Assembly (NCBI GenBank): GCA_964019335.1
Contig: OZ025672.1
Coordinates: 434,001 to 498,000 of the forward strand
DNA from: Diplonema japonicum
Lineage: Eukaryota; Protista; Euglenozoa: Diplonemea
DNA: 64,000 nucleotides
Direction of reading: 5' to 3'
Shown: one piece after another, positions 44,004 to 55,389 of the stretch
Layout: every line of letters starts with the position of its first letter
Numbering within the stretch: position 1 is the first letter of the stretch
Position numbers and translations under genes: made by a program
The notes under the pieces: generated by a model
Told to the model about the DNA's origin: nothing
Database searches by the model: none
What the model saw: the letters and a program-made list of their open reading frames with translations, nothing else

Positions 44004-46331
44004 TCAGGTCCTCCCGAAAGGGTTGACGTGTTTTGTACACAGCTTAACGGCCTTGTAGGGGCTCTTGCGATGGAAAGACGCCTGGCCCTGGTCATGGGTG
44101 TATGTAAAAGTGTGGGCACGAGTGCCCTGGTGATGTCCTGTGTAGGTACTAGGTGACGACACTCCTCGGAAGCCGAGGGGGTCACAATCAGACTGGGGTG
44201 GCTGGTGTGACTTGGACGGCCGGTATGGTCTCGGGGTGCACCACCAGCCTTCCACAGGGCGTATCTGGTGTGTGCTGGGCTGCGATGGCGACAGGTGGTA
44301 CCTCATTCTGCAGGGCAGCCTGCTATCAGCGTACCAAGCTGGCACACTCACCGTCGTCTTAGCCTTCCTAACGCTCTTCACCTTCCTAACGCCAGTCTCT
44401 TTTGCCTCTCTGAAGAAGCTCTGTTCGTCCTCAAGGCTCCCAGCATCGGAAACGTCAAGGAGGATGCCTTCTTTGTCATTCCTCACCCATGATGCCTTAG
44501 AGCGGATGGTAGCAGGTGTGGCGGGTCCACCCGCGGTGCTGAAAGAAGCATTTGGGTTGCTCTCCAGCCATGCTGTGCTGAGCAGCACCACTGCACAGCT
44601 GCCTGTGACAGCAGCAGTTGTGACTATGTACTCCACCAGCCAGTATGGCATGTCCATGGTTGACCCCAGTGGGATCCCGTCCAGGGCCTTTGAGTACCCT
44701 GCACGCCAGGCAACAATGGCTACCAGTGTCATGACGGGTACTAATGAATCCAGCACGTAGTCAGCGATGATGTCCGCACAGAGGGCGTCGGCCTCGGCGA
44801 GGATGTCCCATGTGCAGCCCTCCTGAGTGTCCCAGAAGTAGTACAGCTCGTCACCCGGTTCATGGGAGGTCTCCTTTGGCACCCGCTGGATGGGCTTGCT
44901 CTCCTCGTAGAAATCGAGCAGTGCCATGCGCAACGTTTTGATGAAGTGCGCTGAAGGACCTACGAAGACGTCGGAAGGCTTCTTCGGCGCTACGAGCTGC
45001 GAAGCAAGAGGCTTCTTTGTCTTCTTTCTTTTGGCACTGTACCCGCTTTTCTTTGCGCTCCGGTTCACCACGGACTGCCCGGCCTCTTGCAGCAGCGACG
45101 TGAAGTCGTCTATCTTCGTGCTTTCCATGTTTTTCATTACAGAAAGCGCTTTCACGTTTCGCTGGGCACGCCGCTCGTCTTTTGTCATCTCAGAGAGTTG
45201 CACGTTGGTGTCGTGGTCTTCTTCAATGGTTCGTTCCTCTTTGATGAGGTCGGCCATCTGTGTCTCGGCCCCCTCCTTTGCCAGCAGCAAGGCAATGCCG
45301 TCCCTGGGGTCAGTGATGATCTCGCTCGTCGCAACACACTTCTCTATGATGTACTGCATGGCCTTCTTCTCCATGCGGAGCTGCTTTAAGGAATACTGGA
45401 AATGAAGCTCCGTGGCGCGACCCAGGCTCTCCTTCACCCTGCTGACAATGTCTACCTGCTTTTCGTCAATGCTTCCCTCTTGCACGCGTTGGTTGTAGTC
45501 CAGCTTGCCTTTAGTAGCAATGTCCCCAGGGACCCTCTTTTTCGGTGTCTTGCGCTTTTTCCCTTGCATCTCTTCGTATCTTGTTGTCTCTTCTGCAGTC
45601 ATCACGGGCTCTTCTTCTCGCCACTTCTCCTGCAGGGCTTTGATCGTGTCCTGAAGCTTCTCGATCATTCTTGCTGCAAGGAACCGACGCCGCTTCGCGT
45701 CCTCAGACCTCGCCGCGCCTTGCTTCCCGATGGCATGCAGCTCTGCTCTGTACTTCGAGATGGACGCTTCGATGCGCCGCTCCTCAGCGCGGCATTCCTG
45801 ACGGAAGGCTTCAATCTCAGCAACCTTCTGCCGCACGGCTTTGTCAAGTTTTGTGTTGATGAGGAGTACTTTAGTTGCATCGTCCTTTTTGCCGCTATTC
45901 TCGGTTCCGGTGGTAGAGATGTCTGTGAGGAGTTCCTCGCGTTCGGAGCGGAGGGCATCTTTGTCGCGTGCATCAACAGCATCGGAGGAGAGAAGGGACG
46001 AGACCTCCTCAAGGCGTGTGCAGGTTCTCATGAACTGCTTGCCGGGGTCCTCCTCCTTATCCAAAGAAACGTCCTGTGGTTTGCGTACCCCTATTTCCCT
46101 ATCAAGCCGGGTGGTCAACACCGAATCCTGCGGTGCAAGCGCCACCTCATCCACAGTATACCACACCAGCTCCATTGAAGGCCCCCTCACAAGGAACGGC
46201 TTGCGCCCCACTGTTTCTAGCACAACTTCTCCCACTTCGCCTACTTGTATTGAGCCCTTCTTCGTCCTGTCCTTCAGCACTACCATGTCTCCCTTCGAAG
46301 GCTTCCCATTAGGCACACCATGTTGACTCAT
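44004..46331 (-). CDS. Large coiled-coil protein with N-terminal SH3-like domain; 3' exon structure uncertain
   Basis: 775-aa ORF; KGDMVVL...GEVGEVV...PFLVRGP...WY N-domain; possible intron near 44265-44300. Confidence 0.65.
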   Translation of the reverse strand: MSQHGVPNGKPSKGDMVVLKDRTKKGSIQVGEVGEVVLETVGRKPFLVRGPSMELVWYTVDEVALAPQDSVLTTRLDREIGVRKPQDVSLDKEEDPGKQFMRTCTRLEEVSSLLSSDAVDARDKDALRSEREELLTDISTTGTENSGKKDDATKVLLINTKLDKAVRQKVAEIEAFRQECRAEERRIEASISKYRAELHAIGKQGAARSEDAKRRRFLAARMIEKLQDTIKALQEKWREEEPVMTAEETTRYEEMQGKKRKTPKKRVPGDIATKGKLDYNQRVQEGSIDEKQVDIVSRVKESLGRATELHFQYSLKQLRMEKKAMQYIIEKCVATSEIITDPRDGIALLLAKEGAETQMADLIKEERTIEEDHDTNVQLSEMTKDERRAQRNVKALSVMKNMESTKIDDFTSLLQEAGQSVVNRSAKKSGYSAKRKKTKKPLASQLVAPKKPSDVFVGPSAHFIKTLRMALLDFYEESKPIQRVPKETSHEPGDELYYFWDTQEGCTWDILAEADALCADIIADYVLDSLVPVMTLVAIVAWRAGYSKALDGIPLGSTMDMPYWLVEYIVTTAAVTGSCAVVLLSTAWLESNPNASFSTAGGPATPATIRSKASWVRNDKEGILLDVSDAGSLEDEQSFFREAKETGVRKVKSVRKAKTTVSVPAWYADSRLPCRMRYHLSPSQPSTHQIRPVEGWWCTPRPYRPSKSHQPPQSDCDPLGFRGVSSPSTYTGHHQGTRAHTFTYTHDQGQASFHRKSPYKAVKLCTKHVNPFGRT

Positions 46332-46440
46332 TACCTGCGAGCAGTGAGAGTGGAGATCTTCTCTTTTTTTTTTTTCTTCTTTTCTTATCCACCTTACAAG
46401 AAATGGTCATTGAGCTTCAAGTGTAAAGCTAAGGTCGTCT

Positions 46441-48231
46441 CTACTCACGGATCATTGTCAGCTGCCACAGATCGGATGTTTTCATTGTTTGGTTTGCACC
46501 GCCCCATATCACCATAAATTGTGTGGACACCTGGTGCGGGATGGTGCCGCGGGACATCAGCACACCGCTGTAATGGTATTTGGCGCGGAGCTCTTGACGT
46601 TCCATGGCAAGCACCAAGCGTAGGGCTGCAGGGTCTTCCAAGGGGTACGTGGTGGTGGGGTTGGTATTCGTCTGTGATGGTATGGTGCGCGAGTCCTTCA
46701 TAAGGCGTGTGACGTCTGTGTCTGTCACAACGCACGCCATGTGCTTCCACCGCACGGAGGGCACAGTGGCCTTTGTCTTCTTCGAGGACTCCAGAACGGC
46801 AGCCGACCAGTTCCCCGTCTGCACACTGAGGATCCAGACCGTGTCGTCTACGAACTTGCTGTTAAGCTTCCCACCGTGCACCACCACGTTGTCGTCATAG
46901 GGAACAGCCACATGCCCTGTGAGACACCCCATCACACCCTCTTTGACCTGGAAAGGCCCGCCAACCTCCTTTGACCCCTTGAGATGTTGCCACCTTAAAG
47001 TCCTTGTCATCAACGTCCACGTTTCATGTGCATTGTGCCCCGTGCCTCCTACCATAACAACCATGTCCCCTATCGCCACTGCTGTGTGCATCATCCTCGG
47101 AGGTGGCATGGGGTGGATCGTGCGTAGAGGGTACCACTGCTTCTTCGACCCCTGCACCCCAAGAAAGGTGCATGTCGACAAACGTAAAATGCAAGCGGCC
47201 GCTTCATGGAGGAGGGAGAGGTCTGTCTGCGAGGTCTTCTCCTGCACAACTACTTTGAGTGTGATGGACAGCGGCTGGTGCACCACCAATGTCCTGACGT
47301 CAGCAAGAGTGAAGGAACGCCTCCCGAACTCCCCAGCGGGGCCCTTCTTATTATCTGCCCATAGCATGTCTTGTATATAGGTAGCGTACGTGTGTGGATC
47401 GCTGTCGCAGGGCAGCGAGGCGTTGAGCTCGCCGCGTGGGTTGTGGTCGTAGATGTGGAGGTCGCCCAGTACTTCGTAGTCCTTGCTTTCGCCGCCGTGG
47501 ATGAAGATTCTAGTTTCGACTGCCGCCATGGCGAACATCCAGCGGGGCTTGGGTTTCAGACCGCATATCTCCTGCTGTGTCCATGCCATGGTGACGACGT
47601 TGAAGGACCATAGGTCGTTGAAGTACCGCCCGATGGCTATGTCGGCACCGCCGAACAGAACCATCTCATCGTCTGACACCAACACAGCAGTGTGGCCGGA
47701 CCTTGGGGGCGGCGGTGTGTACGAAGCACCTTTCTTCGAAAAGGTTTCTGCAAACTGCGCTATGTTCTTGAACTGGTTCGCATTCCACGACAGCGACGGT
47801 TCCTCAATGGAGGTTTCTGCGTGCGAGAGAGCAGTCCATTTTTTAGTCCGCATGTCGTAGACCCACGTCGTGTTGCAGGCCGTGATGTCTGTCACGCCAC
47901 CGAACAGAACAAGTTTCTGCCTTGCAGAAAAAGCGGTCAATGAACACCCTGTCATGGCTGGGGGGCAGCTCTTCGGTTGCCCCTCTACAGGCACAATAGG
48001 TCTCTTGTACATCATGGGCGTCCATTTCACACCTTTCTCGTTCACGCCCCCTACCGCCTCGTCTTCTTCGGCGAGGCCTTCCTCTGCAGACTCCTCGTAC
48101 ACCAGGTCTTCATCTTCATTTATCTCCACAGCAGATTTTGACAGCATCAGGTCCATTTGCGAAGTGGCAGGCATCAAGGAGGGCGCTGGCACCAACTCGT
48201 GGTCGTCGGTTTTAAACTTGACTTTCGTCAT
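46441..48231 (-). CDS. Kelch-repeat protein
   Basis: LVLFGG, PPPRSGHTAV, MVLFGG..YFNDLW, FIHGG, PPPRMMHTAV, VVHGG, VIWGG. Confidence 0.88.
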   Translation of the reverse strand: MTKVKFKTDDHELVPAPSLMPATSQMDLMLSKSAVEINEDEDLVYEESAEEGLAEEDEAVGGVNEKGVKWTPMMYKRPIVPVEGQPKSCPPAMTGCSLTAFSARQKLVLFGGVTDITACNTTWVYDMRTKKWTALSHAETSIEEPSLSWNANQFKNIAQFAETFSKKGASYTPPPPRSGHTAVLVSDDEMVLFGGADIAIGRYFNDLWSFNVVTMAWTQQEICGLKPKPRWMFAMAAVETRIFIHGGESKDYEVLGDLHIYDHNPRGELNASLPCDSDPHTYATYIQDMLWADNKKGPAGEFGRRSFTLADVRTLVVHQPLSITLKVVVQEKTSQTDLSLLHEAAACILRLSTCTFLGVQGSKKQWYPLRTIHPMPPPRMMHTAVAIGDMVVMVGGTGHNAHETWTLMTRTLRWQHLKGSKEVGGPFQVKEGVMGCLTGHVAVPYDDNVVVHGGKLNSKFVDDTVWILSVQTGNWSAAVLESSKKTKATVPSVRWKHMACVVTDTDVTRLMKDSRTIPSQTNTNPTTTYPLEDPAALRLVLAMERQELRAKYHYSGVLMSRGTIPHQVSTQFMVIWGGANQTMKTSDLWQLTMIRE

Positions 48232-48367
48232 TTGTGTAATCTGAGTGGTAGTGGGAACAACGATTTGTAGGGGGGGGGGGGGAGAAAACTTAAAAATTAT
48301 TAAAAAAAACTGGTTTTTTTTCTTTTTTTTTTTCCTTCCTTTTCCTTTTTTTTTTTAAACTTCAACT

Positions 48368-49351
48368 CTACTTGTCAGACAAGGCTCTGACTGTGTAAAC
48401 TTCTTCAAGCAGCGACTCGGCGTCTCGAAGCTCTGCCATGGAAATGGGTCTGCTTTGATACCGAGGGTTGGCCGGGTTGGTACCTCTTCCGTCAGCAGCT
48501 TCTCTATGAAACGTGGTGTGCGTAGCAGAGGTAGATGCGCCACTTATGTCGCGAGAGCTGTTTGCAGGGCGGGGTGCGGTCCGGCGGGTGATGGGGAAAT
48601 GCTTCGGGATGTACGGGTTGGCAGGGGTGCTCCCTTCAATGTCCAAACTGGTGAGAGAAAAGAGTGGTCGGTCGCTCCTTTGCGACGGCAGTCTTTTGGG
48701 GTGGAACCCCGGATTGTAAGTGGCGGTTGATATCCACTCTTTCAAAGCAGCAGCACCACCTTTCTTCACCTTCTCAGGAACATCATACACATACTTAGGA
48801 GACAACGGGTTTGACTCAACATCCCCACACCGTTCACTATGAGCAGGCTTTCTGTTGATGTCATCACAACGTAACAAAAAACTACCTTCAGTCTGGGAAC
48901 GAGAAGGTGCAGGTTTTGATCCATCGACGTCGGAGTAGTCTAGAAACCGCCGGCTTGCCTCTGGTGCACGGGGCTTCAAATGTTGTTTTTTATACGATGT
49001 GATGTCAGCGCAGTACGGCACCTCGTGGAGGTGCTTTACATCAGGGGTGGCTGGTTTTTCACAAACAGGCAGTTTGTAAACTGGCATCAATGGGTTCACC
49101 ATCCTGTCGGCACGGAACCCTGTTCTCGGTCGAGCCCCTCTAATGTCCCCACAGTTCAAACAACTGTCGCCTGCTTTTTTCGGCTTTTTGGGTATAAGAA
49201 CAGAGCATTGCGCCCCTGTGATGTCTGCGGTCACCAATGAGGCACGGCTGTTGAAATGCTTCTTCCCGTGCCACGTACCTGCCTGCGCTCCTGGTATGTC
49301 AGCAACACACAACCCGCCCCTGACTAATGGGGGCTGGCTACCTATTGCCAT
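48368..49351 (-). CDS. Uncharacterised protein with DIxGA and NPLxPxY repeats (possibly flagellar microtubule-associated)
   Basis: ADIPGA, ADITGA, GDIRGA, LDIEGS, RDISGA; NPLMPVY, NPLSPKY, NPANPRY. Confidence 0.6.
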   Translation of the reverse strand: MAIGSQPPLVRGGLCVADIPGAQAGTWHGKKHFNSRASLVTADITGAQCSVLIPKKPKKAGDSCLNCGDIRGARPRTGFRADRMVNPLMPVYKLPVCEKPATPDVKHLHEVPYCADITSYKKQHLKPRAPEASRRFLDYSDVDGSKPAPSRSQTEGSFLLRCDDINRKPAHSERCGDVESNPLSPKYVYDVPEKVKKGGAAALKEWISTATYNPGFHPKRLPSQRSDRPLFSLTSLDIEGSTPANPYIPKHFPITRRTAPRPANSSRDISGASTSATHTTFHREAADGRGTNPANPRYQSRPISMAELRDAESLLEEVYTVRALSDK

Positions 49352-49998
49352 CTAGCTGGCTGAGGTGGGAAAATTTTAAAAAAAAGGGGGGGGAGAGAGA
49401 AAAAAAAGGTCGTGAAGAACCATAAATAAGAAAGAAGAGAAAAAAAAAGTGAAAGGGAAAATATAAAAAGCAAAAAGAAATTGGGGGGGGGGGGTGAACA
49501 AGAAAAGAGGGACAAGCAGATCATGCAGTTTAAAACGAAAGGGGGAGGGAGGGGGCAAAAAGAAAACTGTTCTTTGATGACTTACGTCCTTGTTAGTCGC
49601 ACGAGAGTTTAAAAAAAAAAAAACTCCCTGAACCGATCAAGTTGCATAAGGTAAATATTCTTTTCTTAGAAAAATAAAAGGAGAAGACGCGGGGAAAAAA
49701 ACTGAGCGTATCATACGCAGGTGTTGCGTTGCCAAGTTCATTCTGCCCTTCAGACAGGGGCTTACTTTGGCAAGATGCATTCTCAGCGACTGGTTAACCC
49801 CGCAGCAATGGTGTTCACATCCCCTTTTTCTCTCTCTTTTTTTTTTTTTTAGCTCTGCGTTAAATAATGTGAGGCCTATAGACCTTACTAGAGGCAGTAG
49901 AATATTGCGGGAAAACAAGCGTGCTAAATTCACACTTTACCCTCATGGGTTGTGAGATGAGTTCTTCATTTTCTTTTTTTTTTTTTTTTTTTCCCCCC

Positions 49999-50457
49999 TT
50001 TATTTCACTCTTAGTCATTTTCTTCACGCACTAAGGGCCTCGTAATTTAACGCGAAGCAAGTTTTTGTCGTGGAAAAAATGTACTCAACTCCTCGAAAAG
50101 TTTTTTTTTGGGGGGTGTATTTTGACTATTTTTGGCCATCTGAGGTCATTCCGGCCCTTAAAAGTGGGAATAAGTGCTTTACTTCCCCTTAAAATACCAC
50201 GGTAAAAAAGCTATATCCCGTATTACCTAAGGGAAATCCCCAAAAAAGCTGACCCCGTGTGAGGAAAACAGCAGTGAAAGCAGTGAAGAGTGAGTGACTC
50301 AAATGACGAAGAGTGAAACAAAACGACTTACTTGCCGCCAAGTGAGCCATTATTTAACACATTGTTACTGCTTTTTTTTTACCCCCCCCTTTTTTTTGCA
50401 ATTCGGGAACGCGAGTTAAATAATGGCTCGTTATTTGTTGGCAATAAATAGCTATTT
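49999..50457. mobile_element. Helentron/HINE-like non-autonomous repeat, copy 2 (internally shorter)
   Basis: Collinear similarity to 31733-32350 including both ends. Confidence 0.6.
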
Positions 50458-50910
50458 CTTTTTTTTAAAGAGGCGAGAAAAAGCAATGCATACACACAAA
50501 CACAAAAAAAAAGCCACACTTTTTTTTTCTTCTTTTTTTTTTTCTTTCCCCCTTCCTCTTCGCTTTAGCTGTTCCCAAGAAAAGAAAGAAGAAGAGAAGA
50601 AAACAAAAAGAAAAGGGGGGGGAAAAAAGAAAAAAAAACTACGGACCTGAACAAAAAAAAAAAAAAAAAAAAAAAAGCTATTTTACCGACTAATGAGATG
50701 GCATAATAACCTGGGTTTCAGGGGTCTGTGCACGGCCGGACACTGGGGTATCCTTATGCAGAAAGAAAAAAAAAATTAAGGGAACGGTTTTAGTGCCCAC
50801 CGACCCAAATTGGTGTAGTCCGTTGTCCCTGATCTGGAAAGGGAAAAAGGGAGAACGAGAGTTAAAGCATGCCTCACTAGGCGGTAGCGGAATAAGTAAG
50901 GCGATTAGTG

Positions 50911-51065
50911 TTACACGGAACCGGCAACGGGAGCCCTTGCATCCTGCAACATCTTCGACCAGTAAGCCCTGTTTGAAGAACAATATTCGTTCGCGAAGCT
51001 AAGCTCAGGTAGGAACTCTGACATGAGCTCGAACAACGGCGATACGATGTAGTTGATGAAGGAGA

Positions 51066-51106
<41 letters not shown>

Positions 51107-52840
51107 CCCCAAAAAACACACCTGCCCGTTAGGAAAATCGGTCGCATGCCTCCCTCTATCCATGAACGGCGACACGGGAACAAACAAATTCAGTTCTGCG
51201 TCGCCCTGGATGTAAAACTCTTCTGCAATCCTGTCGGCCCATTGCGCGTAAAGATGCAGCGGTCTAGAGCAGTTTGAAATATCAGCGGTCTTCACAGCCA
51301 TAGAAAGACACAACCGCAGGTCATCCCTCCTATTCAGCGGCGCCACAGGATCACGAAGCCTCCGTTTGAAATTAGAGACAATTTTTGCGTGCGAACCCAT
51401 GTCCGTGGAGAGGATCATATCTAAAGCAGTGTCACGAACTGTCTTACGGGAATCCGTAGTGAGGGAAGACAGGATGTCGTGGTCAATATGCCGGAGCCCT
51501 TCGAACACGCATGACGAATGGTGGTTTTCTAGAACCGACCTGTCATTGTAGAGGGTAGCCAAGTATGATTTCGTCCGTATGTGGAAATTGTTGTTTAAAC
51601 CGGGATGGTCATAGTCGTGGGCAGCGGCAGCAACTAAAGCAGCAAGATGGTCGATGGGCTTCATACACATCGCTTTTCCCAAACCGTTCACGATTATAAA
51701 ATGTGTGATTTGCAGAACATCGGCAGCATGGAGCTGATTGTGGTACGCGTTTCTGTGGTATCCGGCGTGGATGCCCTGCCAGAAATTCACCATCACTTCT
51801 TCGTCGATGTTTAACAGATTCGGTAGGTCGTATCGGTAACACAAAGCAAGACCCAAGTACAGCAATGCTCCACCGTTTGTCACTTTGTCTAACTTGAAGA
51901 TGTCGAAATCCCATTCGTCCATGTGTTTAAGACATTCGGAAAGAGCTGAATGTTCGTTGTCATGCGAGTTGCCTTGAACAGACTTAACGGCGGTGAGAAA
52001 CTTGGTGTTGATTAGCATTGGGGTGGGGTGATGGACGTCCGCGAAGCTGTTGTGGAGAAACGGTTTCGCACCGCCTTGATTGTACAAAACATCGAGGATG
52101 TTCTCGCGAGAGGTGAGCCTTCTGAAGGATTTCTGAAGATTTGAATTTGATACATCGATTGCTTTAGTCAGGGAGAGAGTGGTTACGTGGAGATGTTTAA
52201 CCTCCACTTCTATCTCATCTGCGTGTTCGGTAATTTTTTCGGTTTCGGATTCAAGTTCAGAAATACGTGCTTCTACCGTACACAAATGAGGAGAAGTCGG
52301 TTCAGGAGAGATGCATAATGACAACCCTGGTAAAATAAAGAAATTGTAGATGACTGTTTGCGATGCGGAACAAGTTGTCAGTAGTTCAACGGGGAAAACC
52401 GATGATGAAAGATCTTCCTCACAGTGAAGTTCAATTCGACCTTCGTCTTCCATGTCAATGCTTGCGTAGAGGCCTTCCCCGCACTGCGAGAATTTTTTAA
52501 CGCCTTGCTCGTCATTTATGAAGCTGCCCTCGAACACGAACGGATCGTGTTTAATGTATAATTTTGCGACGAAATCGGAGTCCGTCTGGCATATCATCAA
52601 CAATTTTTCATCGCTATTGGCGAGGGACACCTGCCCAATGGCAGTCACCGTCTGCCCGATTCTTTGCGATTCCTCCTGATCAGTATCTGTATCTACCTTG
52701 TTATCGCGGGGCTTCTTCCCCACTTCATATGTATCTTCCACATAGGCATATCGATATTTTCTTGTGATCGAAACGCTGTCTTCTGAGTTGTATCTGCTCT
52801 GCCTATCCTGTTTCACCGCGTGAGACACCGCGCACCCCAT
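50911..52840 (-). CDS. Class I cyclic nucleotide phosphodiesterase; intron 51121-51067
   Basis: YHNQLHAADV, HDYDHPG, SVLENHH, ILSTDM, KTADISN, EFYIQGD, GQ|ISFI; N-terminal MGC. Confidence 0.92.
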
Positions 52841-53039
52841 GGGTGCACGTGTGGTCCTCACACTTCCTTTATCGTCTCGTTTTTTTTTTTTTTTAATTTT
52901 TTATTTTCCCCCCTTTTTTTTTGGTGTCAATGATAGTGGGGGGGGGGGGGGGGAATTTTTTTTTCTAAAAGAAAAAAAAAGGGGGGGAAGAATGAAAAGG
53001 TATGGAAAAAAAAAAAAAAAAACTACAACCGAATTGAAA

Positions 53040-53082
<43 letters not shown>

Positions 53083-53704
53083 GGCTTCACCAAAGTAGAC
53101 TTTTTTATTCATTCTTCTTCCTTTTTTTTGTTTCCTCCTCCAAATAAAGGGGGGACAGGTTTTTTTTTTTTCTCTCTCTTTTTTTTCTGGGGGAGATGGG
53201 AGGGGGAAGGGGGTTAAAGTATAAGGGGAAAAAAAAAGGGGGAAAAAGACATATAAGTGGGAGGGTTGGGGAGGGAGAAGGAAGGGCTGTCACATCTTTC
53301 AATGAGGCGCATCTCTATTCCAACAGGTTTTGCATCTATTGAAATACATATTTTTTTTTCTTCTTCGAGAAGGGTGGCGTGGTTTTTTCTTCTTTTTTTT
53401 TCCCTCTTTCTAACAAGGATTTGGAAACATTTAAAAAAAGGGGGGTTAAAGATAAGTAAAATAATAGAAAACGATGTGAATACACTCTAACACAAGCTCT
53501 GTTTTGGTTTTCTTTTTTTTTTTTTTTTTTTTTTTCCCATGGTTCACAAAAAATCTTCGCTTTTACTTATTTCTCTTTTCTTTCCTAGGTGTGTCAATTA
53601 TTGATGCCAAGCATCATTATCTTAGATGTGCAGTACATTGTCTAGATTTAAAAAAAAAAAAAAAAAAAAAGGAACACGAGCATCCATCTTCTCGAAGAAT
53701 TTCT

Positions 53705-53745
<41 letters not shown>

Positions 53746-55389
53746 TTTACTTTTCCTTGCTCTCTTGCTATTTATTTCATTCTTAAACAGGGAAAGGGAG
53801 AAGGGTCAAATATAAAGAGACAAACTTACATACCCACGAACAAGAGGAGGAGGAGGGGGAACTAACAACAATTTTGGTTTCTAAACCAGCAGGAGCTTTT
53901 AATTTCATTCCTCCTTCCCTTTTCTCTCCCTTCAGTATAACTTACAGTACTAAGTTGAAGGGGTGAAGAGTAAGAGAAAAGGAATCTGAACGGGGACATT
54001 AAAAGAAAGGGGGTAATATTTAAAAAAAATGGGGGGGGAGAAATAGAAAAAACTTAAACCAATCTCCTCCTCCTGTTTCCACACTTTTTACCCCCCCTCC
54101 TTTTTGGGACATTTTATTGCCCCCGTGTTCTCTTCCCCGGTGCCCATTTGGCTACCTGTCTTCTTTTTTTTTTTTTTTTTGCAATAGAAAAAAAAATGTG
54201 AGGAGGAGGGAGAAGAGAGAGGGGGAAAGTGATCCCCTTCTTGTCTCAGGAATACTTTCTTTTTCCTCTTTTTTTTCCCCCCCCACAGACCTCGTAAAAA
54301 AAGAAAAAAAGAAAAAAAGAGAAAAAACTCGTAAGAGGCCTATGGCACAAAGAGGGCGGGGGAATGAAAAAAGAAAAAAACGGCAAACTGGGAGCGTCAA
54401 AAGGGGAGGGAAGAAAGGAATAATAGAAGAGAAACAATTCATTATGATGGGGAAGAGGAGTCAGCAATGACCCACCAAAGGATAAAAGAAAAGAAAAAAG
54501 TAATAAAATCGAAAAGTTTTGGAGGCGGATGAAAAAAAAAAAGAAATTGTTGCTTCTTTTTTTTTTTTGTCCCCCTCCCCGAATCAATGTCTCTCCCTTA
54601 GGATCGGACGAAAAGAAGAATTCCATTTTTTTTTGTTTTTTTTTTGTTACCCCTGCATTTTTTTTTATCCCCAAAGAAGATAAATGGGGTGAAATTCAGT
54701 GATTTCAATTTTTTTTTTTTTTTTTTTTTGCTCGCCCCTTTATTTATTTTCTTGTGGGATTCAGGGAGAAAAAAAAAAAAAAAAAGAAGAAAAAAAAATA
54801 ATCCATAAAGTTTCAGTGCAGGGGAGTGCTCACTGCTGCAAAAAAGTTGGGGGCAAACTTCCTTTCTGAAATACTGTAAAAGTACAGATTCGTATCGATG
54901 AATGCTGGACTTTCAAGAAGCAAAAAGCTCTTTCAGTGGCCTTTAAGAAAACCCGGTAGAAAACCCAGTCTGGCAAATCACCTGACACCTTAAAAACTTT
55001 ACAGCACTTTTTTTTTTCTTTATGTATACCATGAACTACTTGTGAATGTTTTCATGCTGCTACTACCCAGAAGGGAATAATAAAAAAAATTTTTTTTGTC
55101 AAAAAAAAAAGGGAAGAAAAGAAAGACACAAAAAGAGGATTCTGTTCTTATTTTCATTACTTCCTCTGCCCACCCATGTTGGCAAAAAACCCCCCTATTT
55201 TTTTTTTCCCGCTATTTTTTTTCTTTCCCTTCTCCTCTTTCACATGGCACCGAACAAAGCAAAACAAAGGGCAGAGGTGGGATGATAAGATTAGCAGTAA
55301 GTAAAAGGTGGATCATTGTAATGAAGGCCAATCTATTTTTTTTTTTTTCTCCTCTTCCCCTATGGGGCATAAATGTCTTATTTTATTTA

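Noticed and set aside
49729-49773. Hairpin with internal loop resembling an H/ACA RNA
   Set aside because: Box spacing does not fit on either strand and no target was identified.
52860-55380. Many short poly-K/poly-F ORFs in spacers
   Set aside because: Translations of A/T homopolymer runs.
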